A stretch of 64,000 nt of DNA from Pelagomonas calceolata (GCA_918797485.1 CAKKNE010000005.1:3596001-3660000); one strand, 5' to 3'; numbered from the stretch's first letter, positions 1 to 11,500 are shown. The notes: generated from the sequence alone by a model not told the origin. Translations and numbers: made by a program.

Positions 1-1008
1 GTGACGCGGCATACCTCCATCAAAGCTAATCCACTGGTCGTTTACCGTGTCGTAAGCGTAGTGCTCGCGACCGTCAGAAGGTTCGCCGTCTTTCCTATGA
101 TCCGTCAGGTGGATGAGCGTTCTATCCACGCAAATGCCGGGCCATGGCACCGTATAGTTATATGGCGCATACCCGTGTCTCAAATCTACGATTTCGACTT
201 CTTCGGGAATGTCTAGGGTTCTCCACGTTTCTGTCTCGGTGTCGAAGACGCGAAAAAAGTCCGGCTCCATGCGGTCGAGGACATAGATTTCGGAGCCCAC
301 GGCGACTGCGACTAATTGATGACCCAGTCCGCTTTCTGCTACCGGCAGCGGCGGCGGCATCGGTGGCATGTCCACCCATCTCTGGGCGTCAGGGTCAAAG
401 CTTTGAAGTAAGATGCGCCATTCATGGTCATCGCGACACAATCCGCCCACATATAGACGACCAGCGCAGCCGACAGCAAACAGTTCGCGACGCGCGCCTT
501 GAGGATATGCAGACGATAGTGGAATCGTGAACCACTCGTCGTCGACTGCGTCGTACACGGACACACCAGCGTACGTGCTGTTTTGTTTCATGCCGCCGGC
601 GAGGAAGAGCTCGGAACCGATAACTGCGGTTCCCGCGCGAGCCACCCCACCAAAATGCAACCCACCAAGTATGCGCATCTCGGCCGACATCGGCACAAGG
701 CGTCGCCACACGCGCCCGGACACGAGGGCCATGAAGCAGTCGCCCACGACAACGAGCGCTTCCTCCGTAATCTCCTCCGCGCGCCGCGCCTTGAGGAAGC
801 GTTCACTCCGCATAATTGCGCGAAAGCCGACCGACGCGTCCGCGACGGCGTCGTGGTCCTCGCGAGGCAATCGTGCGAGGCAGGAGAGCATGACGTGTTC
901 CGGCAGGACCTGAAACGCTCCCAAATGAGACGTCTTCGCCCTGCGCTGCATAGCTTTCACGAGTGCGCGCCGCGGCTCCTTAAAAGTGTATGGATACTTG
1001 CTCTCCAT
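1..1008 (-). CDS. F-box/Kelch-repeat protein (runs off the window start; absent from the ORF track)
   Basis: Manual translation from ATG 1008, with an in-frame TGA just upstream. F-box-like LPEHVMLSCLARLPREDH is followed by Kelch-like blades (VIGSELFLAGG..VYDAVDDEW; GRLYVGG..FDPDAQRW; VGSEIYVL..FDTETETW; YDTVNDQW). Frame is open to base 1. Confidence 0.8.
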   Translation of the reverse strand, partial: MESKYPYTFKEPRRALVKAMQRRAKTSHLGAFQVLPEHVMLSCLARLPREDHDAVADASVGFRAIMRSERFLKARRAEEITEEALVVVGDCFMALVSGRVWRRLVPMSAEMRILGGLHFGGVARAGTAVIGSELFLAGGMKQNSTYAGVSVYDAVDDEWFTIPLSSAYPQGARRELFAVGCAGRLYVGGLCRDDHEWRILLQSFDPDAQRWVDMPPMPPPLPVAESGLGHQLVAVAVGSEIYVLDRMEPDFFRVFDTETETWRTLDIPEEVEIVDLRHGYAPYNYTVPWPGICVDRTLIHLTDHRKDGEPSDGREHYAYDTVNDQWISFDGGMPRH

Positions 1009-1119
1009 GAGGTATCGTCAAGACCGCTGGGGTCACGCAGCGCAGGGGTGACAACGAGTCGTCCTGACGGTCAGATTTTGCCACAGCGCCCGCGTTGTGT
1101 GCCCAACTTGATCGAGCTT

Positions 1120-1142
1120 GCTAGTGTCTTACTTGCGCTAGC
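1120..1142 (+). promoter_or_regulatory. Bipartite CTAG promoter-associated motif
   Basis: GCTAGTGTCTTACTTGCGCTAGC between divergent F-box/Kelch and XPG starts. Confidence 0.65.
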
Positions 1143-1291
1143 TCTGCGAGAGGGGGCGCCGCGTCTCGGGGCCACGCGTCTTTACGGCCGCCAGCGCTGT
1201 GGCCAGCACGCTCATAGGTGCGCCCCAACGCGGCAGAGTCAAGCCTTTTGACGCCTGCGCGCCAGCGGCACCGATTGAGATCTGAGGAGGC

Positions 1292-4200
1292 ATGGGCGTC
1301 AAGGGCCTCTGGAAGTTATTAGAACCGTGCGGCCGTCGTATTCATGTCGAGACGCTCGAGAACACGACGCTCGCTGTTGATGTCAGTATCTGGATGACAC
1401 AATTTGTGAAAGCGATGCGTGACGAGGAAGGTAGACCGATCAAAAACGCCCACGTCATCGGCACGCTGCGGCGCGTCGCGAAGCTCCTCTATCATGGCGT
1501 GCGACCGGTCATTGTGTTTGACGGCGGCGTCCCTGCTCTCAAGGAGCGGCTCATCCGCCAGCGGCGCATGCGGCGCGAGCGCCGCGAGGACGACGCGCGG
1601 TCCACCGCGAAGCGGCTCCTCGCCGCGCGGCTCCGCGCCGAGGCGTTGCGGAGGAAAGCCCCGGCCCAAAATACTGAGGCGGCCTACGCGGGCGGCTTCG
1701 ACCCGGGGAGCCAGGGCGAGGCCGCACCTACGAGGGCGCCGGCGCCGCGCCCCGCGCCCACGCAACCGTCACCAGAATCGTCGTCGGACGACGACGACGA
1801 CGACGGCTGCGAGTGGGAGCGCGGCGAGACCGCGGACGGTTTAGGGGTGGCGGCCGACGGCGACGCTTCCGCCGTCGACGTCGAGGCGCTCATCGCCCTG
1901 CCGCCGGCCGTAAGGAAAGCAAGGGTCGAGGCCGTCAACCGCAAGCAGCGCGTCGCCGCGCGGCGGCGCTTGATGCCTGTGGCCGGGGACGCCGACGAGT
2001 TCTCGGCGACGCAGCTCTCGTCGTTCCTGCAGGGCGCGACGTTCCGGCAGCGCGTCGAGCGGGCCCAGGCTGAAAGGGGAGACGACGACGCGCGCGGCGA
2101 GCGCATCCACTCGGACCCCAAGCGGCGCTTCGTGCTGTTGCGCGACGATGAAAACGGTCAGCAGGTCCGGGGCGGCGTCAAGGCGCGCATGGAGCGGTTC
2201 CTGCAGGCGAACGACGAGGAGGTCGTTGATGATGACGATGATGAGGATGACGCGCCGCCGACGTGCGCCGCGTGCGGCCGGCGGAAGAGTAGATGCGCGT
2301 GCGCCCTGCGCCACGGCGCCTGCGCGCGGCGACCGGCGCCGCGGCCGCGGCCGACGCCGCAGACCGTCGTGCCGCTGCCGGGCCAGTCCATCGACGAGGC
2401 CCTCGAGGAGGCCGAGCTCCGCTACGTCGAGGACTTCCCCGAGGAGTTCGCCGGGTCCGACGACGACGCGGCGCCGGCGCCGGCTCCCCTTGATGATGAT
2501 GGCGGCGGCGGCTTCTTCGTCGACGGCGAGGAGGAAGGCGGCGGCTTCGTCGCTGAGGACGACGACGGCGCGGCCGGCGGCGGCTTTTTCGCGGAGGAGG
2601 AGGAGGCCGCCGCGGCGCCCGCGCCCGCGGACGAGGGCGGCGGCGGCTTCATCGTCGAAGAAGAGGAGGAGGACGCCGGCGCCGCGCCGGCGCCCGCGGC
2701 CGACGACGCGTCCGAGTCGAGCGACGACTGCGCCTGGGAGGCGGGCAACGCCGACGACGCCGCCGACGACGCCGCGGCGGCGGGCGTCGCCGTCGCCGTC
2801 CCGTGCGCCGACCCGGAGGCCTTCCGCGCGCGCCTCGCGGCGCTCGGCGACGCCGGGGCCGCGCCGCCGCCGCCGGTCGCCGCCGAGGCCGAGGACGAAG
2901 CCGACGAGGTCGACGAGGCCGCGAACCGCCAGGCGCTCGCAGCGGCGGCGCGCACGGCGTCGCAGATGGCCGACTGGGCGGGCCGCGCGTTCCGGCGCGC
3001 GCTTGCTGACTCGGGGAGCGCGGAGCTGCTGGCACCGGCCGCCGCGCCCCCGGCGCCGGCCGCTGCGGTCCCGGCGCCGCGCGCCATGGAGGTCGAGGCG
3101 CCCGCGCCCGCCGCGGAGCCGCCGGCGGACGCGGACGCGGACGGCGACGCCGACCTCGCCCGCGCGCTCGCCCTGTCGCGCGAGGCAGCGCCCGAGCCCG
3201 AGCCCGCCGCCCAGGCGCCGCCGGTCGTCGAGGCGCCGCCGCCCGCCCCGCGGCCCACCGAGCGGGAGCCTGAGCCCCCCGCGCCGCGGCCCGCCCCCGA
3301 GCCGGCGTCAGCGCCGCGCCCGCCGCCTATGTCTCCCGCGGGGGCGCCGCCGCCCGCCGCCGCGCGGCCCACCGAACCGCCGCCTGCGGAGGTGCCACCG
3401 CCCGCGCCGCCGCCCACCGGCGCACAACTGCCCGCCGCCGCGCCTGAGCCGCCCGCGCCGCCCGCGGAGGAGCCACCGCCCGCCGAAGCGCCGCCGGCCG
3501 ACGATCACGACGACGACGCCTGGGCCCCGCACCGGAAGGCCGCGACGGAGGGCGGCTTCTACGAGGTCTGCCCCGACTTCGACGCGCAGCTCCAGTTCGC
3601 CCTCGACAACGCCCAGGAGGGCGACCTCGACGGCATGGCGGCCGCCGCCGCCGCGGCCACGGACCCGCGCGAGCGGGCCGTCTACGCTTACGTCGTGGCC
3701 GCCGTGCGCGCCAAGTGCCCACAACAGCCACCTTCGTTCGCCGACGCCGCGCGCGCCGACGCGCTGGACCGAGAAGCGGCGCAATTGCGGCGAGAGCTCG
3801 CGAGGTCAGCAAGGGACGCCGACAGCGTGACCGACGAGATGCGCGAGGACGTCATGGGTTTACTGGATGATCTCGGGGTGCCGTACATCGTCGCTCCCAT
3901 GGAGGCCGAGGCGCAATGTGCGGCTTTGGAACTTGCTGGATTGGTAGAAGGCACGATCACGGACGACAGCGACGCGTTCTGCTTCGGTGCCAAAAAGGTC
4001 TACAAGAACATTTTCGACGACAAAAAGTTCGTCGAGGCGTATTTTGCCGAGGACTGTCGAAGGGAGCTGAAGCTAGGTAGATCTGAGTTCGTGTCATTGG
4101 CTTTACTATTAGGTGGCGACTATGCGCACGGCGTGAAGGGCGTCGGCATCGTGAATGCGATGGAGGTGCTGCAGGCGTTCCATTTTCCCCATGCTCATTC

Positions 4201-4873
4201 GGAAAATCAAGTCGACGCGTCGATTTCATCCCTTCGCAAGTTTGGGCGGTGGTTGGACGACGTGGGCAACACGCAACTCCAAGATGCGCACGTGAAACGC
4301 TTCGCGAAGCGACATCGGGCCGCTCGGTCGCGTTGGGAGGCGCCGCCCGCGTTTCCGAACCGCGAGGCCGCGAAGGCTTATGTCGAGCCTCGAGTTGCTG
4401 ATGAGGACGAGTTAGCAAGGCAGCTGGGTAGAGATATAGAGGCGTGGGACCCGCAGTCGACGCAGCGCTTGTTCGACTGGCGCGAGCCCGACGAGAAGCG
4501 GTTACGAAAACGGTGCGCCTTGGAGCTGAACTGGGCGCCGTCGACGGCCGCCGCGGTGCTGGACCCGGTCTTCAAGCGGTGGGCGGAACGGAAGGCCGGT
4601 CGGCAGCGCCGCGTCGACGCGTTTTTTGATTCGTACCACTCGAACAAGAAGAACGACACGCACGCATCTAAAAGACTGCGGCGGGCCTTGGACGAGAGCG
4701 AGCCCGAGGCGCCTAAGCAGAAGAAGAAGCGGAAGCGGCGGGTCGTCGTGGAGTCGGAGGAGGAGGACGAGGAAGACGACTCACCGGCCCCGCCTAGGCC
4801 TAGGTCCTCGCGCGCGGCGGCGGCGAAGGCTGCTCGGCAGCTCGCCGAGGAGGAGGAGTCTGGCGACGATTGA
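1292..4873 (+). CDS. ERCC5: XPG/Rad2 structure-specific endonuclease (nucleotide excision repair)
   Basis: XPG-N (MGVKGLW..AVDVSIW..VFDG), long acidic/Pro spacer, XPG-I (EAEAQCA, TDDSD), H3TH (LLGGDY..GVGIVNA), C-terminal basic NLS. Confidence 0.95.
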   Translation: MGVKGLWKLLEPCGRRIHVETLENTTLAVDVSIWMTQFVKAMRDEEGRPIKNAHVIGTLRRVAKLLYHGVRPVIVFDGGVPALKERLIRQRRMRRERREDDARSTAKRLLAARLRAEALRRKAPAQNTEAAYAGGFDPGSQGEAAPTRAPAPRPAPTQPSPESSSDDDDDDGCEWERGETADGLGVAADGDASAVDVEALIALPPAVRKARVEAVNRKQRVAARRRLMPVAGDADEFSATQLSSFLQGATFRQRVERAQAERGDDDARGERIHSDPKRRFVLLRDDENGQQVRGGVKARMERFLQANDEEVVDDDDDEDDAPPTCAACGRRKSRCACALRHGACARRPAPRPRPTPQTVVPLPGQSIDEALEEAELRYVEDFPEEFAGSDDDAAPAPAPLDDDGGGGFFVDGEEEGGGFVAEDDDGAAGGGFFAEEEEAAAAPAPADEGGGGFIVEEEEEDAGAAPAPAADDASESSDDCAWEAGNADDAADDAAAAGVAVAVPCADPEAFRARLAALGDAGAAPPPPVAAEAEDEADEVDEAANRQALAAAARTASQMADWAGRAFRRALADSGSAELLAPAAAPPAPAAAVPAPRAMEVEAPAPAAEPPADADADGDADLARALALSREAAPEPEPAAQAPPVVEAPPPAPRPTEREPEPPAPRPAPEPASAPRPPPMSPAGAPPPAAARPTEPPPAEVPPPAPPPTGAQLPAAAPEPPAPPAEEPPPAEAPPADDHDDDAWAPHRKAATEGGFYEVCPDFDAQLQFALDNAQEGDLDGMAAAAAAATDPRERAVYAYVVAAVRAKCPQQPPSFADAARADALDREAAQLRRELARSARDADSVTDEMREDVMGLLDDLGVPYIVAPMEAEAQCAALELAGLVEGTITDDSDAFCFGAKKVYKNIFDDKKFVEAYFAEDCRRELKLGRSEFVSLALLLGGDYAHGVKGVGIVNAMEVLQAFHFPHAHSENQVDASISSLRKFGRWLDDVGNTQLQDAHVKRFAKRHRAARSRWEAPPAFPNREAAKAYVEPRVADEDELARQLGRDIEAWDPQSTQRLFDWREPDEKRLRKRCALELNWAPSTAAAVLDPVFKRWAERKAGRQRRVDAFFDSYHSNKKNDTHASKRLRRALDESEPEAPKQKKKRKRRVVVESEEEDEEDDSPAPPRPRSSRAAAAKAARQLAEEEESGDD

Positions 4874-4916
4874 TGTGTTCTTAGTGAATGTAAGACTGTG
4901 TTTCTTAGTCATGAAT

Positions 4917-5594
4917 TCAGGGGGCCGCGGCGAAGGATGCGAGCTTCGATCGCGCGCTCTCGAGGTTTCCGTTGATGGTCATCATAGTAGGATGGGCCGT
5001 CCCAAAGACCCGCCGCGCAGTCGAGGATAGCTCCTCGAGAAGCGCCACGGCTTCGACCAGGTCGTCTCTGCTTCGACCTTCTGAGATGAGGGCACTTGCG
5101 TAATTGATGCGAAGGGTTAGTACCGTCGCGTCTTCTGTGCCAAGCTCGCGCGCGGCCTCGGGGATTGTCGCCCGTAAAAATGGCTTCACCTCCTCGTAGC
5201 GTTCGCATCTATCGGCCTCGTCCATCAAGATCTTCGCCTGCTCCGCCAGACACGCCACGTGCGCGAAGCCGGCCGTCCCGCGGCACGCGCACCGGCGCAC
5301 GAGGCCCTCCTTCGTCTTCCAATGGAGGGCCTGCGTGCAGATGTAGCACGTCTGGCCCTTCGTGTCGTCCGCGCATTTCGCGACGGCCTCCGCGACGGCC
5401 TCCTTGTATTTGTTGTCGGCGTGGTATTGCTCAGCGTTGCCGCCGCGGTGTATCTTCTTACACATCTGCTTGTGGCCGCGGCGCCAGTGGTCATGCTGGC
5501 AAGTTTTGTTGCAGTACCTCGTCTGACATCTAACGCATCGCGGCGCGTTGTGGGCCAGTGGGGCGGCGCAGGCGGCGCAAGTTGTGAGGATCAT
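4917..5594 (-). CDS. MYND zinc finger + partial RING-variant protein, possibly internally deleted
   Basis: CAAC..CVRC..YCNKTCQHDHW..HKQMC (MYND); CYIC..CAC..H..C (RINGv lacking the last CxxC); TPR-like tail ARRVFGTAHP. Confidence 0.75.
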   Translation of the reverse strand: MILTTCAACAAPLAHNAPRCVRCQTRYCNKTCQHDHWRRGHKQMCKKIHRGGNAEQYHADNKYKEAVAEAVAKCADDTKGQTCYICTQALHWKTKEGLVRRCACRGTAGFAHVACLAEQAKILMDEADRCERYEEVKPFLRATIPEAARELGTEDATVLTLRINYASALISEGRSRDDLVEAVALLEELSSTARRVFGTAHPTMMTINGNLESARSKLASFAAAP

Positions 5595-5759
5595 CTTGCG
5601 TTTTTCGGTGAGTTTTTGGGCTTGCGGCGGCTTGACTCGGCTTGAAAAACCCGATTTTTTTCAACTCACAAAAAAAACGCCGCGCGACGAACGCTCTGCC
5701 GCGCCAACGCTACGGTGCTACAGTGTACAAAAGAGACATATATACAGGGCACTTCCTCA

Positions 5760-7091
5760 TCATCGCGCCACGCCCGCCCACGTGCCCTTCGCCGCGCGCT
5801 CCTCCTTGATGATGTCGGCGACGCTCGCGGGCGACGGCCTCTCGCGCGGCGCGGCGGACTTTCGAAGCCACGGCGCCTCGGCGGCGGGCGCAGGAGCCGG
5901 CGTTTTGGGAGGCCCGCGCAAGAAGGCCGCGAGCGACACCGGCGGCGACGCCGCCGCGGCGCGCGGCCCCCGCTTCGGCGCGCGCGGCGGCGGCGTTTCG
6001 GCGGCCGCCAGCAGCGAGCGGAGATCGGTCGCGGGCGCCGCCGCGGGCGCGGCGCCCCACGCCGGCCGCGGCGCCTCGGGGGTACTCGGGATGGCGTCCA
6101 CCTCCGGCTCCGGAGTCGCTTCCAGCCGCCGCCAGCGCTGCCGCCGCCGCCGCGGCTCGGGCGTCGACTCCGGGACCGGCTCGGGCGGCGGCGGCGGTCG
6201 CTCGGGCGCGACGTGGCGGAAGCGCCGCAGCAGCGCGTCCTCGAGGGGCGAGGACGCGGCCGGCGACGACGAGAGCGGCGTCTTCTCGGAGTAAAAGACC
6301 GGCGCCGGGCAGAGCTCATGGCCCAATTTTGAACGCGGCGCGAAGTAGACGGCCGCCGCGCCGCAGGACCGGAGGTGGTCGCGGAGGCCCGCCAGCGGCA
6401 GCGTCGCGCCGCAGTGGCACCGTCCTGTAGCGCGTTTCAGCTTCCGGCGCGTCTTCTCGGCGACGGCGACGCGGCACTTCGCGCCGTCGTAGAAAGGAGC
6501 TCGGCAAAGCGGGCAGACGACGTCGGACGGCCGCGTCGCGCGCGAGGCCACGAGCGCCACGCACTCTCGACAATATTCGTGGCCGCACGGCAGCTTGACC
6601 GGCAGCTCCAGGACCTCGCGGCAGCAGGCGCATTCATACGAGTCGTCGAACTGCACGTCATCCAATTGACCCATGACGGCGTCGGCGGCTCGGCGCTTCG
6701 CCGCGAAGCCGGCGAGGACCGCGCTAAGGGCCGCTCGCGCGGCTTCCAAGTCGTCGCGCCGTGCTAATTTCTTGCGTTCCGCGTCGTCGAGCGTCTCTTT
6801 GGCGGCCAGGCCGCGGATGCTCTTCAGGCGCTTCTCGACGCCGCGGAGCTGCGCCTTCGCCGCGGCCTCGACGTCCGCCGGCGGCGTTTCGGTGGTGGCT
6901 TGCGGCGTTTCGGCCGCGGCGGCCGCGGCCGCCGCGCGGCGCCGCCGCCGTCGCTCGTTGCGCAGCGCCGCCTTCGTCCGCGCGCCGTCGTCGGACGCCG
7001 CGGACGCGTTCGAGGCGTTCGAGTTCGCGCGCGGGCGGCGCTCGACGACGAGGGACCAGTCCTCGTCGGTTTCTGCAGTTTGGTCTGCCAT
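5760..7091 (-). CDS. C3HC4 RING finger protein with coiled coil and second Zn finger
   Basis: CACC..LPCGHEYCREC..CPLCR, then CHC..H..C. Confidence 0.8.
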   Translation of the reverse strand: MADQTAETDEDWSLVVERRPRANSNASNASAASDDGARTKAALRNERRRRRRAAAAAAAAETPQATTETPPADVEAAAKAQLRGVEKRLKSIRGLAAKETLDDAERKKLARRDDLEAARAALSAVLAGFAAKRRAADAVMGQLDDVQFDDSYECACCREVLELPVKLPCGHEYCRECVALVASRATRPSDVVCPLCRAPFYDGAKCRVAVAEKTRRKLKRATGRCHCGATLPLAGLRDHLRSCGAAAVYFAPRSKLGHELCPAPVFYSEKTPLSSSPAASSPLEDALLRRFRHVAPERPPPPPEPVPESTPEPRRRRQRWRRLEATPEPEVDAIPSTPEAPRPAWGAAPAAAPATDLRSLLAAAETPPPRAPKRGPRAAAASPPVSLAAFLRGPPKTPAPAPAAEAPWLRKSAAPRERPSPASVADIIKEERAAKGTWAGVAR

Positions 7092-7416
7092 CGGTGCGAG
7101 TGTCGGCAGGTTGGGTATGCCGCGCTACGTCGAATCAGTGGTCAAAAGCAGCCACACATGAATCTCGGTTTGCAACGCGTTGTGGACCTCTATCGATGGT
7201 GTTTTCAAGGATGCTCAACGATCACCATATATATAGTCCTCTCCAGTGCTTGTAACCAGTGGTACGTTCGCTGGGGTGCCGTATTGGGCCGCGTGTGGTG
7301 CCACTGGCAAATTGCCAAAATGCAATTCGAACAATTCAGGCGCAGGCGGACGCGTCTTCCCCCCCCGTACGCCGTCGATGCACAGCGGTCGAGGAAAAAA
7401 ACGAAAAAGAAACTAC

Positions 7417-8022
7417 TCACAGGTCGTCGAACCCCCCGCCATCGTCGTCGGCCGCGTCGTCGAACTGCCCCTCGACCCGTGCGAAGCCGGGAAGTGCAGG
7501 CGCCGGAGCGTCCGCGAGCATGGCGTCGAAGCGCCGCAGCATCGCCTCCGCGTCCGGCTCGTCGTCCTCACCAGCAATACCGAGCATGCCGCCGTCCGAC
7601 TCATCGGACTCGTCGTCAGAGTCGGGGTTCAGCTCCGCCGTCCGCGAGAGCGCGTCGAAGAGCGGTTCGAGGGCCGCGGCGTCGGGCGGCACCAGGAACA
7701 GCTCCGAGACGGCGTCGTCGGCCGCGGCGTCGCTCAGCAGGAGCTGCACGTAGAGGCAAGGTTCGGGGAAGGTCTGTGCGTCGCGCGTCACGGCGTGCAG
7801 GCCCACGCGCTTCGCCAAGAGCTCAAACCCGTGGGCGGGCTGCTCCCAGAGCACGCGCCGGCTCGTCACGCGCAGCCGGCCCGCGCCCCAGGGCGTGCTG
7901 TCGCCCTCCTGCGGCGCCGCTGTGATGCGCACGTCTTCTAGCGTGTACAAGAGCTCCTCGTCGGCAGCGATGCTTGTGGCGCCGTTGCTTAAAGGCTGCA
8001 GTGGGGAGGCGAAGCTAGCCAT
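7417..8022 (-). CDS. CLNS1A: Methylosome subunit pICln (Voldacs domain)
   Basis: GRLRVTSRRVLW..VGLHAVTRD..PCLYVQL..ELFLVP..LFDALS..AELNPD; C-terminal GQFDDA; ATG at 8022. Confidence 0.88.
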   Translation of the reverse strand: MASFASPLQPLSNGATSIAADEELLYTLEDVRITAAPQEGDSTPWGAGRLRVTSRRVLWEQPAHGFELLAKRVGLHAVTRDAQTFPEPCLYVQLLLSDAAADDAVSELFLVPPDAAALEPLFDALSRTAELNPDSDDESDESDGGMLGIAGEDDEPDAEAMLRRFDAMLADAPAPALPGFARVEGQFDDAADDDGGGFDDL

Positions 8023-8527
8023 CTCTTGTTTTTTCCAGCGGTTGCTTGCAGCGATGCGTGGCACAGCGATGTGTTTGCACAAATGTGATTGATTCTGGGC
8101 GTATCGATGTGCAATGGGCCAGCAAGCGCCACAAAAAGTCGATGCGCATCTCGTAAAACCAGCGCGAAACATACTAGAGAAACAAGGCAGGACGCCTCCA
8201 GGGCTCTCTCCCCCAAAACGACGAAGTCCCGGAGCGGTATACAGGTCCGAAAGGCATTGATTTGGCCCTCGCAAAAAACCCGCGGCCCCGCCAGTTGCTC
8301 ACGAACGCGGACGCCCTGCTTGGTGCGTAGTGTGTACCTGAGCGCCGCGGAGGACTCTCTGCGGGCCCAGCAGTAACGACAGGCCGCGGCGCTTCGAAAA
8401 AGCGACGCGCGCAGACGTGCCTTTGGCTAAAAACGCCCCAGCGCAAAAAGCCGCCGTTCACCCCGCGGACAGCGCCGGGACGCCATCAACGCCGCAAGCG
8501 CCGCGCCAGAGCAGCGCCAGAGCAGTT

Positions 8528-11500
8528 ATGGAAACCAAAATGGCCGAAACGAAGCTACGCGTCGCCATAAGGGTAAGGCCGCTCCGGAGCGAGGAGGGCG
8601 CGTGCGCGTGGCGCATCGAGGGCGAGAACGTCTACCAGGCGGACTGCGAGGAGGTTGTGGGGCGGACGGCCTTTAGATATGATGCGGTCTACGGCGAGAA
8701 CAGCGCCACGAAGGACGTCTACGAGGGCGTTTGTAGAGAGTTGGTGGATGGCGCGCTCCGCGGCGTGAACGGCACGATTTTTGCGTACGGCCAGACGTCG
8801 TCGGGCAAGACCTTCACGATGCAGGGCGGCGACAAGTACGGCGCCGGCGCGCCGGGCCTCATGCATTTGGCGGCGGACCACATTTTCTCCGTCATCGAGG
8901 CGCGGAGCGACACGGACTTTTTGCTGCGCGTGTCCTACCTCGAAGTGTACAACGAGCAGCTGCGCGACTTATTAGCGGAGGACGGCACGGGGGAAGTCCA
9001 CATCCGGGAGCACCCCGAGACCGGTGTTTATGTCGAAGGCGCGCAGGAGACGGTCGTGACGCAGCCCCACGACATGGCCGAGGCCCTAGTCCAGGGCGAG
9101 AAGCGGCGGGCCGTCGGTGCGACGGCCATGAACGAGAGATCGTCGAGGTCGCACACGGTCTTTAGGATCGTCGTCGAGTCGCGGCCGCGCGAGTGCGCCG
9201 AGGACCACGGCGTCCTCGTGGGGGCGATTTCGTTGGTGGATCTCGCCGGCTCGGAATCCGTACGATTGACGGGCGCGACGGGCGTGCGCCAGAAGGAGGG
9301 CGGCAAGATCAACCAGTCTCTCTTAACTTTATCTCGAGTGGTCCAGCAATTGGGCGAGAAGGGCAAGGAGAACTTTGTCAATTTTCGGGACTCGCGCCTG
9401 ACGCGGTTATTGCAGCCTACTTTATCGGGAAAAGCGCAGTTGGCCATGGTCTGCTGCGTCGCGCCGTCGTGCAACTACGTTGAGGAAACGAGATCTACCT
9501 TGCAGTTCGGGTCGCGGGCGGCGCGCGTCACGCTGAAGCCCGTGGTCCACGAGATTCTGGACGACGCGTCCCAATTACGCCGTGTGAAGCGCCAGCTGGC
9601 CGAGTTACTAGCGAAGCAAGAACAGCACGAGCGCGACCAGGCGTCGGGCAAGACGGAGGAGCTGGCTGATCTCCTCGAGAAGAACGAGAAGCTCGAGGCG
9701 GACCTAGCTCAGAGAGCGGCCAAGATGACGGAGCTTACCAAAATGATCTGCGTCGGCGGCACGAGCCAGCAACCGACCAAGCCGAGGAGGCGGCGCCGCG
9801 CGACGTGCGCCGTCGGTGCCCGCGGTTTTAGACCGGAGGACGATTCGAGGTTGCCCCAGATCCCGTCCTTCGCGCAGCTGCGGGCCCAGAAGAAGGCCGC
9901 GGAGCCCGTCGTCGAGGAGGAGGACGAGCCGCCGCCGCCGCCTCCATCTGAGGATGGGGTCCTGGGGGCCTGCCGCGACGATGATAGGGAGGCCGAAGCT
10001 CGAGGGCTGCCGGCGCTGGACCCGCCTACTTCAGATAATTTGGAAGCGGCCGTAAGGGCGCGACTCCAGAGAGCCGCCGACGAGACGCTCGCCGTGTCCC
10101 AGGACGCCGACGAGACCGTGTCTGAATTGAGAAGGCAATTGGAGGTCGAGAAGGAGGTGGCGGAGGAGGTCGAGGGCGAGCGGACGAAGATCGAAAGTGC
10201 GGCCGAAGCACTCAAAGAAAGGTTGGCCGCGGCCGAGGCCGAGGCCGGCGAACGGGCCGAGGCCCACGCTACGGAGGTGGATTCATTGAAACAGGAAGTC
10301 GCTGAGCTGCGCCGCTTGAACGAGGCGAGCCACGCGGAGAAGGTTTTGGTGGAGGAAAGCCTCGATGCCGTGAAGGCCCAGCTTAGTGAAGCGGAAGCCG
10401 CGCGCGACGCTCTACAAGAAGAGCTCGCTTCCGAACGCGAGAACGCCAAAATGACCAGGGACGCCGAGAGCCAGGCGACGATCGAGGCGTTGCAAGCTAA
10501 GATTGACGCGGCGTCCGAAGCGAGGGCCGAAGCCGACCGCCAGCTCGCGGACGCGGCGGCCGCGGCGGACGAGGCGCGGCAGGCGGCCGAGGCGGAAAAT
10601 GAGGCCGTGTTGCGGCGGTCGCGGGAAGAATTAGACGAGGCCCGGGCCGCGACCGCGCGCGCCGAGGAGGCCGCCGCGGCGGCCGAAGCGTCCCGAGCCT
10701 CCGTCGAGGCTTTGCGAGACGAGGAGCGTACTGAATCAGACGGCGTGCGCGGCGAGCGCGATTCTCTACAAACCGAGTGCGACGAATTAAGGACGCAGAT
10801 CGAGCGCGAGCGCCAGCAGGCGCGCGACGCGGCCGAAGCCCGGGCCTGCGAGGCCGCGGACGAGACCGACGCCACCATCGCGGAACTGCGAAGGCAGCTC
10901 GAGGTCGAGCGCGAGGTCGCGCGCGAGGCCGAATCGGAACGCGACGCGCTGTCGAAGAAGGCCGACGAGGCCGCGGCCCAAACCCAGGCCGCCCACGCAT
11001 CCATCTTAAAGTCGAAGGACGAGCGCATCGCGCGCCTCGAGAAGGTCAAGATGACGACGGCCATCTTCGCGCAGATCCAGAAGCTGAGGACGGACAAGGA
11101 GAGGGCCCTCGCCGAGGCGAAAGAACTAAGAACGCGCGTCGCGGCCCTCGAGGCGGCGTCGGCGTCGCCGAAGGAGGCCCGCGAGGACACGGAACTGGCA
11201 GCACGCTGCGCCGCCGCCGACGCGGCCTGCAAGGCCGCGACGGAGCGCGCCGCGCGCCTCGAGGCGCGCGCGGCGCGCGCGGAGCAGTCCATGTCCAAGA
11301 TCCGCACGCCCGGCGGGCGCCGCGCGCTGCGCGAGACGGATGCGCTCCACGACAAGATCGAGTTCCTCGAGCAGGAGAACCTGGACCTCATGTTGGAAGT
11401 CAAGGCGCTCAAGGCGTCGCAGGCGCGCCTCGCGGCGTCGCCGGTAGCTGTCTCTGGCGACGTCGGCGACGAGAACGCGCCGCCGGGGCCGTCGCCCGTC

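Noticed and set aside
583..1251. Plus-strand 222-aa ORF
   Set aside because: Overlaps the F-box/Kelch gene on the minus strand, which has recognisable motifs
2148..3830. Long Arg/Pro-rich alternative-frame and antisense ORFs (also 9709-11577, 15495-17318, 22092-23198, 34551-35588, 40328-41512)
   Set aside because: Shadow ORFs caused by high GC3 in the real overlapping genes; no domain motifs
8159..8178. Possible CTAG motif variant between pICln and kinesin
   Set aside because: Only one intact CTAG half-site; too weak to list
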